Assembly (NCBI RefSeq): GCF_009914755.1
Contig: NC_060925.1
Reading direction: 5' to 3' (one strand)
DNA: 64,000 bases
Origin: the human T2T-CHM13v2.0 reference genome, Homo sapiens
The notes below the pieces were generated by a model. The model had not been told where the DNA came from and did not search any database. It saw only the letters and a program-made list of their open reading frames with translations. Shown in pieces: positions 47,606 to 60,869 of the stretch (position 1 is its first letter; each line of letters starts with the position of its first letter). The position numbers and the translations under genes are program-made.

Positions 47606-48269
47606 CACATGTAGGAGCAAGAGATTTTTAGTAAGAAGAGAGGAATAATGGTTTGAAAGGAATCAAAAGGAGCAAAGAGAACCTATACACCACATTCCCA
47701 CACTGAAGTACTTAGAGTTTCAGAGAATAAGTAGAGTCTCTACCTGAAATACACAGGAAGCAATGTCCTCAAGGGAAATCCAAATTACATTTAAAGCCAG
47801 GAGAAGCAAGGAACTGTCCATAAAGAAGCAGTCTAAGGAAATAGGGAAGTTTACTAATCATGCAGCTGAACTTCCATAGAGTACAACTGAAAGTAAGGGA
47901 GGAAAAGGGTGTTGGGTCAAGAAAGAACAATCAGAATATTATGGTGATAAAAATACCAGAGAGAATAGGTGAGCAAAGGGACTTATGATTTGGATGGTGA
48001 TCAAAGAAACCAGGAACGGTCAGCAGAGGGGGTTGCTTCATCAGACTAAAGAAAGGGGGAGGGTGCACTCTCCTTAGTTATCTGACATGGAGACAGGCAT
48101 CTCTGGTAGTGAGCAAGGAAGTCCAAATCTAGTCGTTAGGCACCCAGGAGTGGGCAGTCATCCTGCCAGTCTCAGCCCTACGTTTATGGTTCCAGTTAAG
48201 AGTAAGTCATCAAACCAAGAGAACACAGGAACCAAGATGGTACGCTCCAAAAAGTTCAGTTCTGCTCTG

Positions 48270-48288
48270 AAGCGCCCCCTACAGGATC
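48270..48288 (-). promoter_or_regulatory. Candidate CTCF site
   Basis: Minus strand CCTGTAGGGGGCGCT fits the CTCF core consensus. This is a motif match only. Confidence 0.55.
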
Positions 48289-50159
48289 CTGTTCAGAGAC
48301 GCAGGAGGAGGCAAAGCTGCTGGTCTGCGCTTTGCGCCATTCTGTGCTCCCTCCTACCTGCCCTCCTCTTTTGGCCCAAGTTCTAGTCCCATCTGCTTTG
48401 TCACCCCCTGCCCACCTAAGGGACTTCCTTCTCTGGTCTTCACCGTCCTCATGGTAAAATGGACGTGACATCTCTAATCACACATATCTATCCAGTGATG
48501 TAAATGCAGTGAAAAGGGCTTTGAACAGTGTTGTCAGGGAAGGAGACTGAGGCACTAATTTCTTCCCATTTTCCCAATTCCTGCTTCAGCACCGCTCACC
48601 TAGGCTCCAGCCCTCTAAATCTATCCTAGCCCTTTGGTCGATCTTTGCCTACTGAGGGCAAAATTACATAGTATCCCAAAAACAAGGATTAATACTACAG
48701 CCCCATTTCTTCTCTTTGCCATTTCCCATGACAACTCTTAAACCTAGAAACTGGTACCATTTCCCTGATTGGTGGGACCTGCTCACTAGACCAAAAGGGA
48801 TGTGTATGTACATTTCATAATGGGCATTCAGTTAGGGGATGATGTGAGGGCTGTGTGTGAGATAAATCCTGGAGTTGGTCTGGCCACATCCCAATGACTC
48901 ATTTGGACTCCTTTGGACAAGTAACTAGAGCTCCCATTTGAAAGAATGACAAGCAAGCTACCTCAAATTTCTCTTTCGCAACCCATGACTTCACCTTTTC
49001 TGTTCCTTAATGCTCTCATCATCCAGCCCTCCTTTCTGCTGTTTTTCCTCAGTTTTCAAGCCTGCACCCTAGTCTTCTGTGCCATCCCACTTTTTTGGGG
49101 TTCTGCCCTATCTGTTACCCCTCTCCGAATAATGTCAGCCCCGCCCACTACCCTACTGTAAGGATCTGCCCAGCTCTTCCTCTGTGGGTTTTAAACCGTG
49201 CATCTGCTGCCACCACGTTCATCAGGGTCCCAATTTCCATTACACCCCTGCCTTTCCCCCGCTCCTCCTCCTAGCCCTTGTTTCTAATCCCCTGTACTCT
49301 AGCTCCCACTCCCAATCGAGCCACCCCCAACCAACCATGACAATTCACAGCTCTCATCCTGGAGAGATGGTTTCCCTCATGCTGGGACAGTTCTGGGGCA
49401 GTTCAGAATTGCCAGGACTGTGGATTCCCAGCAGCTTGGCCTGGTGGACACACGGAATGCAAGACAACAGCAAACCCACCTTCAGCCTTGGTAAGTGACA
49501 GGACCCCTTTTCCATGACCAGATCCTGGTTACCTTGATACTATTTCTATTTTGTCTCCATTCCCGTCTGGGCAATCCTCTTCAGATGCCAGAGATTTCCT
49601 TTTTTTTGACAGTTTGCTCCTTTCCTCTCATGCCTGGTCAGCCAGCCTGCATGAGGTTCTCTACGTTTGAGACTGGCTTCTCCACGGAACTTGGTCTGTA
49701 GCCACAGAGCAAACTGCAGGGCCAGTGACAGAGAATGAAGAGGAGAGTGAAGAGTGGAACACATCTAATGTGTTCTCTGGAGGGTAAGTCTTGTCGATCT
49801 GCCCTGCATTCAAGTGAGTACAACCCCTGAGAATCACACATAGGGCACAAGGTCCCTGCTGTAGATAGATGGGGACTTAGGTTTGTTTCCTTTGGTCTGG
49901 TTCCTCCCAGACTCCATTTTCTTCATCCTAGGATTCCAGGACCATCCCAAGGACGTTCTGCCCTTGAGAAATGTCTCCTGCAAAAAGGGGAGGGTCCCTC
50001 CATTGTGCTCTCATCAAAGCTCTGAGGGTGAGCCTCTTGCTCAGTCAGCACTTCTACTTCAGAATGGGAAAGGTAGCAGTCTAGAAGGCAAGAATGTGTC
50101 CAGATCCTGACCAGATGATAGCATCACATGAACACATGACATTAAGAAGTGCTCTCCTC

Positions 50160-51150
50160 AAACTGAGGTCTAGATTCAATATAATCTCAATAAAAATCCC
50201 AAAAGATATTTTTAGGGAACTTGACAAGCTCATTATAATTTATATGGACATACAAAGGGCCAAGAAGCGGCAAGACTGTCTTGAGAAGACATTCTTCCCT
50301 ACCAGATATTAGAATGTGTTACATAAATTATGGTAATTAAGATAGTGTAGTGCTGTTGCAAGCTTAGACAAATAGACCAATGGCACAGAATAGAGTCCAG
50401 AAATGGACTTGCACAAATGGGGACACTTTTTTTATGGACACAGTAGCATAGCAGACCAGTGAGGAAGGACTATCTCTTCAATAATTTGCTGGTGGGTCAA
50501 CTGGATACTCCTTTGGAAAGAAAAAATTAAGCTGGATTCCTACCTCACACTGCACTCGAAAACCAATTTCAGGTGGAATACAGATCTCACTGAGAAAGGG
50601 TAAAACAACAAATCCTCTTAAATATTAATAGTTCTGCCCACAGATGGCCATGGAGCTCTTGAGATGTGTTATGAAGTGTAAAATCTGCACTGGATTTTAA
50701 ACATTAGTAGGACAAAACAATGTAAAATATCTCAATAATTTTTATATTCAAACGTTGAATCATTGACAAATTGGATATACTGAGTTAAATATCACATTAT
50801 TAAAATTAGTTTTATCTAATTCTTGCTCTCTTAATGCAGATACTAGAATGTTTTAAACTACATGAGTGGCTCAGCTCATACTTTTATTGAACAGCACTGC
50901 TCTAAAAAGTAACATAAAAATAACCTCAGGTCATCAAATTAGAAAAAGATGTCTTAAACGAAAATTAAGAAGCAATAATCATAAAGGAAAAGACTAATAT
51001 ATTTGACTACGTTTAACTTTTGGTGTCCAGAAGACACCATTAAGAGACTAAAATGGCAAGCCACACAGAGGGAAAATACATTTGCAGCATGTACAGCCCT
51101 CAAAATAATATATTAAGAACTCCAACAAATTGATAAACAATCCAATTAAA
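50160..51150 (+). mobile_element. Old L1ME fragment with an internal hAT fossil (MER33-like, about 50625-50900)
   Basis: Peptide RFNIISIKIPKDIFRELDKLI. The AT-rich insert ends ttattgaacagcactg. Confidence 0.7.
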
Positions 51151-51230
51151 AATTTTGTTCAACACTGTGTCCCAGACTAAACCCATTCTGCAATTCACAT
51201 TGTGTCCTGAGCGAATGAATGGATGGATGA

Positions 51231-51637
<407 letters not shown>

Positions 51638-52069
51638 TAAAATAAACTACATTATTTAAGGTATCTAGCAGACTCAAATTCATAGAAACAAAAAGTGAAA
51701 TGCCAGGGGCTGGAGAGAAGGGAAAAGGGAAACTTGTTGTTTAATGGGTGTGAAAAAGTTCTGGAGATTGGTTTCACATAGTTTGAATATACTTAATACT
51801 ACTGTACTGTAATACTTAAAAATGGCTAAGATGGTAAAATTATATTACGTGCATTTTAAACACAAACATTAAAAATAAACAAACTATAAAGTCAACAAGT
51901 TCCTTAATTAGGAAAGGTTTATTCTGTCAATATTATCACATTGGTAATCTTGGTCACACTGGCCAGAACGTTTTCTCAGAGAGGAAACCTCCGGTTTTTT
52001 TGTGAGGTTTTGATTCTGGGCATCTGCTTTAAGGTGGGAGAGGTTTCTGACTCCTTCCAAAAGCTTTTT

Positions 52070-52441
52070 TAGGAAATGATTGGCCAAGGTGAGGTCCAAT
52101 CATCTGTCCCTTACCTCCTGGGTCTGCCCCTTGCCGGGAAGCCCTTTCCTGGCGGTATCCAGGGGACCTTCTAGTAACCAGCCGGGCCTGAGGAGCTGGG
52201 GCAAGTGAGTACAGTGCCAGAATAGGGCGGGGCGCGAAATAAGATCCCGACCGGCGGGCGCGGGGCGGGGCGATGCAGGCAGGGTAAGGGGCTGGCAGAG
52301 TGAGACCCGCCCCGACCGGGCAGCACTACCCGAGCGCTGTTGCCTGGAGACCACGGGACGCCGTTGCCTGGAGACAGCGGGGACGCGTTGCCTGGAGACT
52401 GTGGAAGGCCCAGGCAAGAGGGCGCGTGGCAGCCCAAGGCC
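52070..52441 (+). promoter_or_regulatory. CpG-rich TATA-less promoter of CFAP144
   Basis: ATTGG at 52079 and CCAAT at 52096, GC boxes (GGGCGGGG) near 52225 and 52263, three GTTGCCTGGAGAC, and the Kozak-context gccATGg at 52442. Confidence 0.85.
52339..52399. promoter_or_regulatory. Three tandem RFX X-box-type motifs, 24-bp period
   Basis: GTTGCCTGGAGAC at 52339, 52363 and 52387. Confidence 0.8.
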
Positions 52442-52574
52442 ATGGCGGGACACCCAAAAGAGAAGGTGATTCCAGATGAGGTCCATCAGAACCAGATCTT
52501 GCGGGAACTGTACCTCAAGGAGCTACGAACCCAGAAACTCTACACGCAGTATCACGTGAATCCCCTCCGCAAGA
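52442..52574 (+). CDS. CFAP144: CFAP144 (FAM183A) coding exon 1
   Basis: [44 protein letters not shown], recognised as FAM183A. Donor A|GTGAGA, phase 1. Confidence 0.93.
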
Positions 52575-54856
52575 GTGAGAGGCACGGCGGGGTGGGGGAA
52601 GGGCTAGAGCGGGAGGGCGCCGGGGAAGGAGGAGCCCTCCGGGTTGCGGGGTGGGAACGCGGTCCCAGCAAAAAACTCTTTCCCCAGCACCCGCCCCCTT
52701 TCCTAGATTTCAGGAACCATGACTTTGGAGAGGCCACATCATATCAGATGTATTCGCTGTATTAAAGTTCATGCGCAACACGATTAAATCTTTTCGTTGT
52801 AGAAAAAAAAAAGTTGTAGGGCTTTTTATTATTTTACTTTTGAAATAATTATATTTTGCAGGCTGTTTGTGTTTTGTTTTTGTTTGTATTTTGGGTTGTT
52901 TTTAACAAGTGAAAGGTTTTTCTTCAGGCTTCTGATATTGCCCTTCGGAAAGTTCTGGGGTGCCCCCTGATAAAACATCCCTACCCTCCACTCTTGTCAC
53001 TGAGCACTCTCCTTGGGCAGTTTGTTCTGTCCTGTCACACCAGCTTCCCCTGAATGCCACTGGGCCTGAAATGGAGCTTCAGATCCACACGCCCAACCAC
53101 CTCACAGCTCCCCTCCCTGGACAACCCACAGGCACCTCAGACCCAGCAGGAGGAAAGCCAGGCTCATTCCCACCTTCCCCACTCTCTGCTGCTCCAGAAT
53201 ACCCTGTCTCTGCAAAAGGCCCCGGATGATTCACTCTCATGATCAGAATCATTCACTCTCATCATCTAATGATCTCATGATCATTAGAAGCCTCGGAGTC
53301 CTCCTCAAGGTCTCTCTCCCTCCACACACTTAAAAAAAGGCACAAGTCCTGTTTATTAACATTCCTCTCCCCTGACCCACTTGTTCCTGCTTCAGTGAAA
53401 GACACCATCATGCATATGGATTCCTCTCTGCCTCTGCTCAGGTACTTTCATGCTCTAAGTAGCACCTCAAACAGCCTCTGCCTGCATCCTCACTCCTGAA
53501 GCCTCTGCAGGGCCCTAGTCCTTGCCGCCTGGATTGGTCTGATGGGCTCCCAACTCCTTATTCTCTTTCCCTCCAAGCTGGCCCCTCCGACCAAACCCCT
53601 ACACCTTTGCTAGCTTAGCACTATGCTAGGAGGACAATTAGATCACATCAATCCCACCTAAAATCCTTCTCATAGCCTCTGAGGTAAAGTTTAAATCAAT
53701 CACGACATAAGGCGCATTGGATCTGGCTCTGGTTCCTGCCAGCTTCATGCCATACTCCTCTCCCCCACTTTACCCTGCTCCTTTAAGAAATACTTTGGTG
53801 CCTACTCTGCACCAGCCATTGCTGACGAATCCCACACACACTCCTTTCCCCCCTGCCATTTCTAAATACATGGATTTCCTAAATGCATCATGTCATTTCC
53901 CACTTTACCTGCATAAACATTGTTGCTTCTTCCTGAATGCCTCTCCCAACTCTGTGCCTAATATGTAAAGTCCACTTTGTTGCCTGGCTCTATAGAGAAA
54001 ATGTACTGTCTTCACTTTCCTTCTAACTAACTTGGTTTTCTTCTGGAGTCCCCAACCACTAGTTTCAGGAAAGCAAATTAGTGTCCAAAGCCGTTCAAAC
54101 TCGGTCCATTCCAAATAATGGAAATAATCTCTTCAGGCAACCTTCATGCTCTCTAGGGAAAATGCTGCCTCCCAGCTCATGTCCCTTGAGCATGTGAGCC
54201 ATTGGAATAAAGTGAGAAAATATTACAACTTGTATTGATTACTTTTATTTATAAAGATAGAAATTTTATTTGCTAATATACTGATAATAGTCCATAAAAA
54301 CTATATAATTATACATATTTTAAGGGCGCATGCTCTAAAGTTCTTTTACTGATAGGAGTTTGAGACAAGCAGCTTGGAGACCACTGGTTTCTACTGGTGT
54401 CTGCTCATTTCCCACTACTCTCCATCCAGCTCACTCCACTGGAGCCACTCTGGCTCTCTTGACGTTTCTCAAACTCCCCAGGCTCACGCTCATATGCTTC
54501 CCACACACACAGCACATTCCCTCACTTCATTCAAAACTCTGCTCATATGTATCTCCCTAGAGATACATCACCCACACCCCAGCCCCAACGCCAACTCTCC
54601 ATCCACGTAACCTGCTTTACTGTTCTCTATCACACTTACATTTGCCGGGTGATATATGTATGTTTATTGCCTGTCACCACAAATAGAGTAAAAGCTCAGG
54701 GGACACAAGAGCCAGCTCTGTCTTGTTTACAGCCTGTTCTTCAGTGCACAGTAATTATGAGCTGAGTGGATGAATGTGGGTGCTGCTCCTCTGTTACCAT
54801 GTGCCCTCCTGGGCATAGATCACTGCCTGGCAAACCTCTTTGGCCTTCCCCATAGG

Positions 54857-55065
54857 CCAGCACTGTCCAAGAGAATTCATCAGTGATGAAAATGTTCTCT
54901 GTCTTGGCTGTAGTCAAAACTGTAGCCATTAACCGCCTGCAGCTATTGAGCACTTGAAGTGTGACTAACGTGGCTAAGGAACTGAAGTGTTCATTGTAAT
55001 TAATTTTAGTTATTCAAATTCAAGGAGCCACATGTGGCTGATGACCACCATTCTGGGCAGTGCCA
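54857..55065. mobile_element. hAT fossil (MER3-like) in intron 1
   Basis: cagcactgtccaa...tgggcagtgcc inverted termini and an internal agccacatgtggct palindrome. Confidence 0.7.
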
Positions 55066-55251
55066 CTCTAGATTGTGAGGTTCTTGAGGGCCTTATCCAA
55101 TCGTGCATTATCCTAGCACCCAGGATAATACCTGGCATGTACCAGATACTCAGTGAGTGCCAAATGGGTGCCCTGTTTAAGGTGGACCTTAGAGAGGGCA
55201 GGGAACTCATGTTTTAATCTGAACTTGTGAAGCTGTTTTCTTTTTTTCTAG

Positions 55252-55311
55252 TTCATACAGTCACCAGGAAGCCCATGTCTTGGCATGATAACCTGGAGGA
55301 ACCTGCAGATG
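55252..55311 (+). CDS. CFAP144: CFAP144 coding exon 2
   Basis: Polypyrimidine tract plus TAG acceptor, (I)[19 protein letters not shown], donor G|GTAAGT. Confidence 0.93.
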
Positions 55312-57318
55312 GTAAGTCCTGGGCTTTGAAATGCCATTGAGATAGAGCCCAGAGAGGCAGGCTGGCTGGAGAGACCTCTCAGGGTCGTGATATCTTGGAG
55401 CAAGCATCAGAGTCCTCTGCTTTGATCCTGGAAATGGGACTCATACTAACCAAGCTCAAAAAAGACGGATACTCAGACAGTCTGTGGTAGATAGAATAAA
55501 AAAAATAAAAATTTTTTTAAATAAAATTTTTAAAAGATGGACATACTCAATTATAACTGTCAAGCCAACTAACGTTCCTATTGACTTAACATTGCCTTCG
55601 TTCATTCATCAAACATGTAGATGTTATAAGCACAAGTTCTGAAGCTGTACTAACTCAGTTCAAATCCTGGTTCTGCTACTCATTAACTGTAACATTGGGC
55701 AGGTTTTTTACCTCTTTTAGCCTATTTCTCAGGATTGATGTGAGGATTAAACAAAGCAATACCAGTGCATAGAACAGTAGCTGGTACATGGTCCTCAGGA
55801 AATATTAGTCCCATGATTATTTTCATTATTAGGTAATCTCTATGGTGGGGCTGGGTGGAGGGATCTCATAGCATAATGAAGAAGAAGAGAAGTAGACTTG
55901 GAAATAAGTAGACAAGTAAAGAGGGACCATGACTGATGTGAGAACAGCATAGGAAACAGGTGCCCCCATCAGGCAGTGGAGTTCTGGGAAGACCTCTTGG
56001 AGGAGGCGACCACAGGGTGAGGTGGAGAAGATTGTGGAAGGACATTCCGAGTTCTATAGAAAGTTACAGAAATGAGAAACATGACTACAAGTAGTTTGGC
56101 ATGGCCACAACATACAGGTGGAGAAAGGGCCCTATTTGGGAGTGAGGGAGGAGAGATATTTGGTGGAAAACCTGATCCCTCTTGGAAAGCTTTCCTTCTT
56201 CCCCTCTACCTTCCATGAGCAAAATTTGGTGAAGGACAGATGACCGCGGCTGGGATGGGAAGTGGGGGAGCAGAGGCTCTCAGAGCATTACGAAGGAGGC
56301 AGATAAGTCAGTAGACTAATAGAGAGGGCATCATCACAGGCAATAAGGTGTTATCTGTAGTGCACTCTCCTGACTAGGGTAAAGGATGCAAGCTGGGAAC
56401 CTGTAGCAATAAGGAATAGAACAGGAAATGAGGGTCCTGAAAGCCAGGCAGGAGTTAGCTGCTTGCTCTCTTATATGAAGGATGTGCCAGCCCAGTGTCA
56501 GTCCCTTGAATCACCTTCCTTCATTTCATTCCCAGCCATCTTGCTGAGATAGACATTTTCCTCCCATTTCACAGATGAGTAAAGTGGCCCAGAGAAGTGA
56601 TGCCACCCAACAAGCCGGTAGTAGCACTGACTCCAAAGCCCAGGTTCATTCCATTGTCCGCCTGCGTCTCTCCGGTGGAGACTCGATAGGGCAGAACTAT
56701 GGAGCTGCAAATCCATCTGTTGTCGGCAGCCATACTTATTTCAATACACAAAGATTTGACCTCACTTCTTACAACCTTGCTCCTCACTCTCTGTTGTGCT
56801 ACACTGGCCAAACTCGCTCATGCCTCAGGACCTTTGCTCTTGCTGCCTGTGGTGTGCTCTTCCTCTGCCTCTTCCCAGGGCTGGCTCCTGCTTGGCAACC
56901 AGAGAGGCCTTCTCTCGCCACCCCATCTACAGCAGCTGCCCTTGCCTGCACATGACCCTTCACCTATTCCTTTCTTCACAGTGTGTATCCCTGTCTGCCA
57001 CCATCACGTCATTTTGTAAACCTGAATACTGTGTCCTCTGCCTCATCTAGAGTATGAGCTCTAGGAGAGCAGGGACCATGCTGTCACTCAGCACTCTATG
57101 CCCAGCGCCCGGAAGCATGTCTGGCACAGAGTTTGAGCTCACCACATATTTGTTGAAAGATGAGTGGAGAGACCAGACACCCTGGTCTTGAGGCTGAGGC
57201 AAACCTCCAAGGCACAGATGCTCTGCCTGAAAGGAACAATGTGGACGCAGGAAAGGGCACAGGACCAACCTCTGGTCCCAAAGCCTGACTCCTTCATAAC
57301 TCATACCTCGTCTCCCAG

Positions 57319-57422
57319 CCAGGTTTCTGAATCTCATTCACCATGCTGCCCAGGGACCAAGGAAGAAGTACCCAGAGACACAGACTGAAAACCAGGAAGT
57401 TGGATGGGACTTAGAACCCTTG
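57319..57422 (+). CDS. CFAP144: CFAP144 coding exon 3
   Basis: CAG acceptor, (A)[34 protein letters not shown], donor TTG|GTAAGC. Confidence 0.93.
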
Positions 57423-57469
57423 GTAAGCGTGGCTCCTTCCTCAGGAAATACGAGGAAACACAGCAGCAA

Positions 57470-57710
57470 TGTAAGTGGTGACCGTAGAATAGAGCAGGGG
57501 GCCAGACATGCCTGGGCTTGAACCTGGCTACCTCTTACCAGCTGGATAAGTTACTAAGCTCTCTTATGACTCAGTTTAATTGTTGTAAAATGGAGCTAAT
57601 ACAGTACCTATCTCATAAGCTTGTTATGAGGATGAAACGAGGTGATATTTGTGCAGTACCTGGAACAGTGCCTGGCACATGGTAAACACTGTGTGTTTAA
57701 ATAAAGGTAC
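57470..57710 (+). mobile_element. MIR
   Basis: MIR core gactcagttt..tgtaaaatgga..acagtacctatctcata..acagtgcctggcacatggtaaacact. Confidence 0.8.
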
Positions 57711-57818
57711 TGACAACAGATACCTGAGTCAGCTCCATCAGCTATCAGCAAGGTGGTCTTGGGTGTACCACTCAATATCTCTGAGTTCGGCTTCCTTATC
57801 CATAAAAAATGGACATGT

Positions 57819-58187
<369 letters not shown>

Positions 58188-58539
58188 CATAAAAAATGGA
58201 CGTGTGAGTAAGGGTCCTCTCCTTGTTTGATTGGAAGGGCACAATTAGCCACTTTAGCACACAATCACCCCAAGGAATACAGTGCTTCCTTTTTTAAGGA
58301 AGAAATGTGCAATATGGAATAGACAAGTCAAAGAAATTTCTGCCACACGAGTCTTTAAATCTGCTTATGTCTTTGGTCATGCAGAAGGTTTTCATTTTTA
58401 AGTCATCAAATATGCCACCAATTCTCATTATGGTTTCTGGGTTTTGTGCCTTGCTTAGGAAAACCTTCAACACCTACATTACCAAGCAACTATTCTATAT
58501 TTTTCTCTAACTTTTTTTTCTTACTTCTTCTTCTCTCTT

Positions 58540-58545
58540 TATATA

Positions 58546-58592
<47 letters not shown>

Positions 58593-58945
58593 TCTCTTTT
58601 TATATATATAAAAATATATTCTCCCTTTTTATATATATATTCTCTCTTTTTATATTCTTTTTATTTATATATGTAAATATATATAAATAAAATTATATAT
58701 AAATTATTATATAAATTTTTATATAAAAATTATATAAAATATTAAATAAAATTTTATATAAAATTATATAAAATAAAAATATATAAAATAAAATTATATA
58801 TAAATAAAAATTATTTATATATATCCCCTCTTTTTATATATATACATACAAAATATGTACATATATATGTACATATACACACACATATATGTATACATAT
58901 ATACGCACATATACACACACATATATGTATACATATATACGCACC
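58540..58945. repeat. Complex (TA)n/AT-rich simple repeat in intron 3
   Basis: Directly visible. Confidence 0.93.
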
Positions 58946-59153
58946 TACAAGGACGGACTTGGTACAAAGAGACAGGTATGGTTAGAGAGCTGGAGAAGAT
59001 AACTACTCAAAGAGAAAGAGGAGGTGGGGAGGTAACATCGTGAATAAGAGAAAAGTGTTAAAATATGTATTCAATGACAGTTATTGAATATAAATATGAA
59101 TAATGGGTCAATATTCAATGACTGTTAAAAACCAGAAGGAATGGTACTGGAAG

Positions 59154-59653
59154 TGCTAGTGGAAAAAAATAAATTTAAAATTTAAAAACCAGAAAGAAGA
59201 CTTTTCCAAGTGGGGAAACTACTGTGAAGGGCATAGGCACCACTATGAGGTTTTGCAGTGAGGGAGGGAAAGAGCCTGGCCTCGACTCTGATTACAGCAT
59301 GGGCAAGTGCGACTGTGTAGCCAAGGAACGAGGTGGGGGTAAGTGACGGAAAAATACTAGGAGGAAACATCAGGGATAAGGGCAGATTCTGGCTAATTTC
59401 CACCTAATAGGGTGCTTGCTGAAGGCAGGCTAGCAGGATCAGACATCACTTGGAGAGTGGTGGAGGATGGGGAACCCAATCAGATATCAAGGGTGATCAG
59501 ATATTAAAGGTAGGGGGTTCTGGTTAAATCAGCTTAGCAGGATTTTTGCTAGAATTGGACAATGTAGAGGAAATGGAAATCCCAAAATCAGACCTAGTTG
59601 AAAAGTAATTCAGGGTTCCTGAGTAGAGTTCATTCAAGGAAAGAATCTTTGCC
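59154..59653 (-). mobile_element. ERV1 LTR (MER31/MER67-like)
   Basis: Minus strand begins ggcaaagattctttccttga..., resembling the recalled MER31/67 5' end. Confidence 0.6.
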
Positions 59654-60696
59654 GGGGAGAAGAAAGGTTGTGAAGGATGGGGTGTTTGTGTGAAGATAGA
59701 AATCAGCCAAGATAGATCATGAAGCAACTTAGAAGAATAGTACAATGCACAAGTAAATTAATTCACCATTCTTCATTTTGTTAAAGAGTAAAGACCTGGC
59801 TCACACAAGTACAAAGTGTGCATGTGGAGATGTTGCATCTTTGACCTTCCAGGACATCTCGTGCAGGCTTACGATGACAGGAAGGACAAGTGTGGCCTGC
59901 CCTGCTCAGACCTTCGTAGGCTCTGCAGATCACAGAGTGCATGTGTCTCCAGATCAGTGAGCACTCTGGAGTTGCAGAGGGTCTGCAAATATTCCATGCT
60001 GTTCATCATATAAACCTGGGGACAATGCCATCACAAGAGCACTGCTAGCATAGTAAGAAAGTATACCCCAAAAACCATGAGATGCAGGTGTTGTGTAACC
60101 AGAAGAGGTAATTAAGTTGGAGCTTCAGAATGAAGTAGCTGGGCCAGAAGAGGCTTGATCAGCTGCAACTTGAAGCTCCCTGCCCCCTGGCAGAGCCTCA
60201 CCTTGGATAGACAAGATACCTCCAGTCTCAGTACTGGGACACTGGCAAAGCCAGACTCAATGACCATCATTCAGCCTCTCATCTCCTGGTAACATTTTCT
60301 GGAAATACATTTTTTAAATTATTTGCACGGTGTAACTTCTATAAGATCGATGTGTCAGAGTGCCGACTTTTACTTAGATTCTATGTGACTCTTTCAACAA
60401 ATTCATTCTTTCAGCAAATATGCATTGAATACCTAGCATGCGCTGGGTCTTGCTCTAGGTGCTGAGGATACTGTGGCCTCCCAGTCAGGCAGTGTGACAG
60501 GGAGAACCACGACTGTGCGTAGGTTATTCTCCTCTGACCTCACAACCTTTTTGATGTACATGTGGTCATCTCCATTCCGCAATGCAGCCACAGGCTGGGA
60601 GGGTGGAGCCTGATATAAGCCAGGCCCATTGACTCCAAACCCAGGTCCTCCTGCATCCTCACAGGCTTCTTTCTGATTCTGCATCCTCCTTTCTAG

Positions 60697-60804
60697 ATCA
60701 ACCCAGAACGCCATGACCGCAGGCTGAATCACTTCAGGGTCTGCAGTGACATCACTCTGTACAAGGCTAAAACGTGGGGCTTAGGAGATGATCACCACAA
60801 GTAG
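60697..60804 (+). CDS. CFAP144: CFAP144 coding exon 4 (last)
   Basis: TAG acceptor, [35 protein letters not shown]. The spliced CDS totals 134 aa with consistent phases. Confidence 0.93.
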   Translation: MNPERHDRRLNHFRVCSDITLYKAKTWGLGDDHHK

Positions 60805-60863
60805 CATCCCAGCGGATGAGCCCATCTGTGGATCTAATGCCTTAAGTGTGCACAGCCCAGAGA

Positions 60864-60869
60864 AATAAA
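60864..60869 (+). terminator. Polyadenylation signal of CFAP144
   Basis: AATAAA 60 nt after the stop codon, followed by T-rich sequence. Confidence 0.8.

Noticed and set aside
52339-52399. Repeat-spacer-repeat pattern resembling CRISPR
   Set aside because: The DNA is eukaryotic, there are only three 13-nt repeats with 11-nt related spacers, and there are no cas genes. X-boxes explain it better.
52575-52765. ORF continuing past exon 1 (141-aa track ORF)
   Set aside because: This is read-through into intron 1. The spliced four-exon model gives the recognised 134-aa protein.
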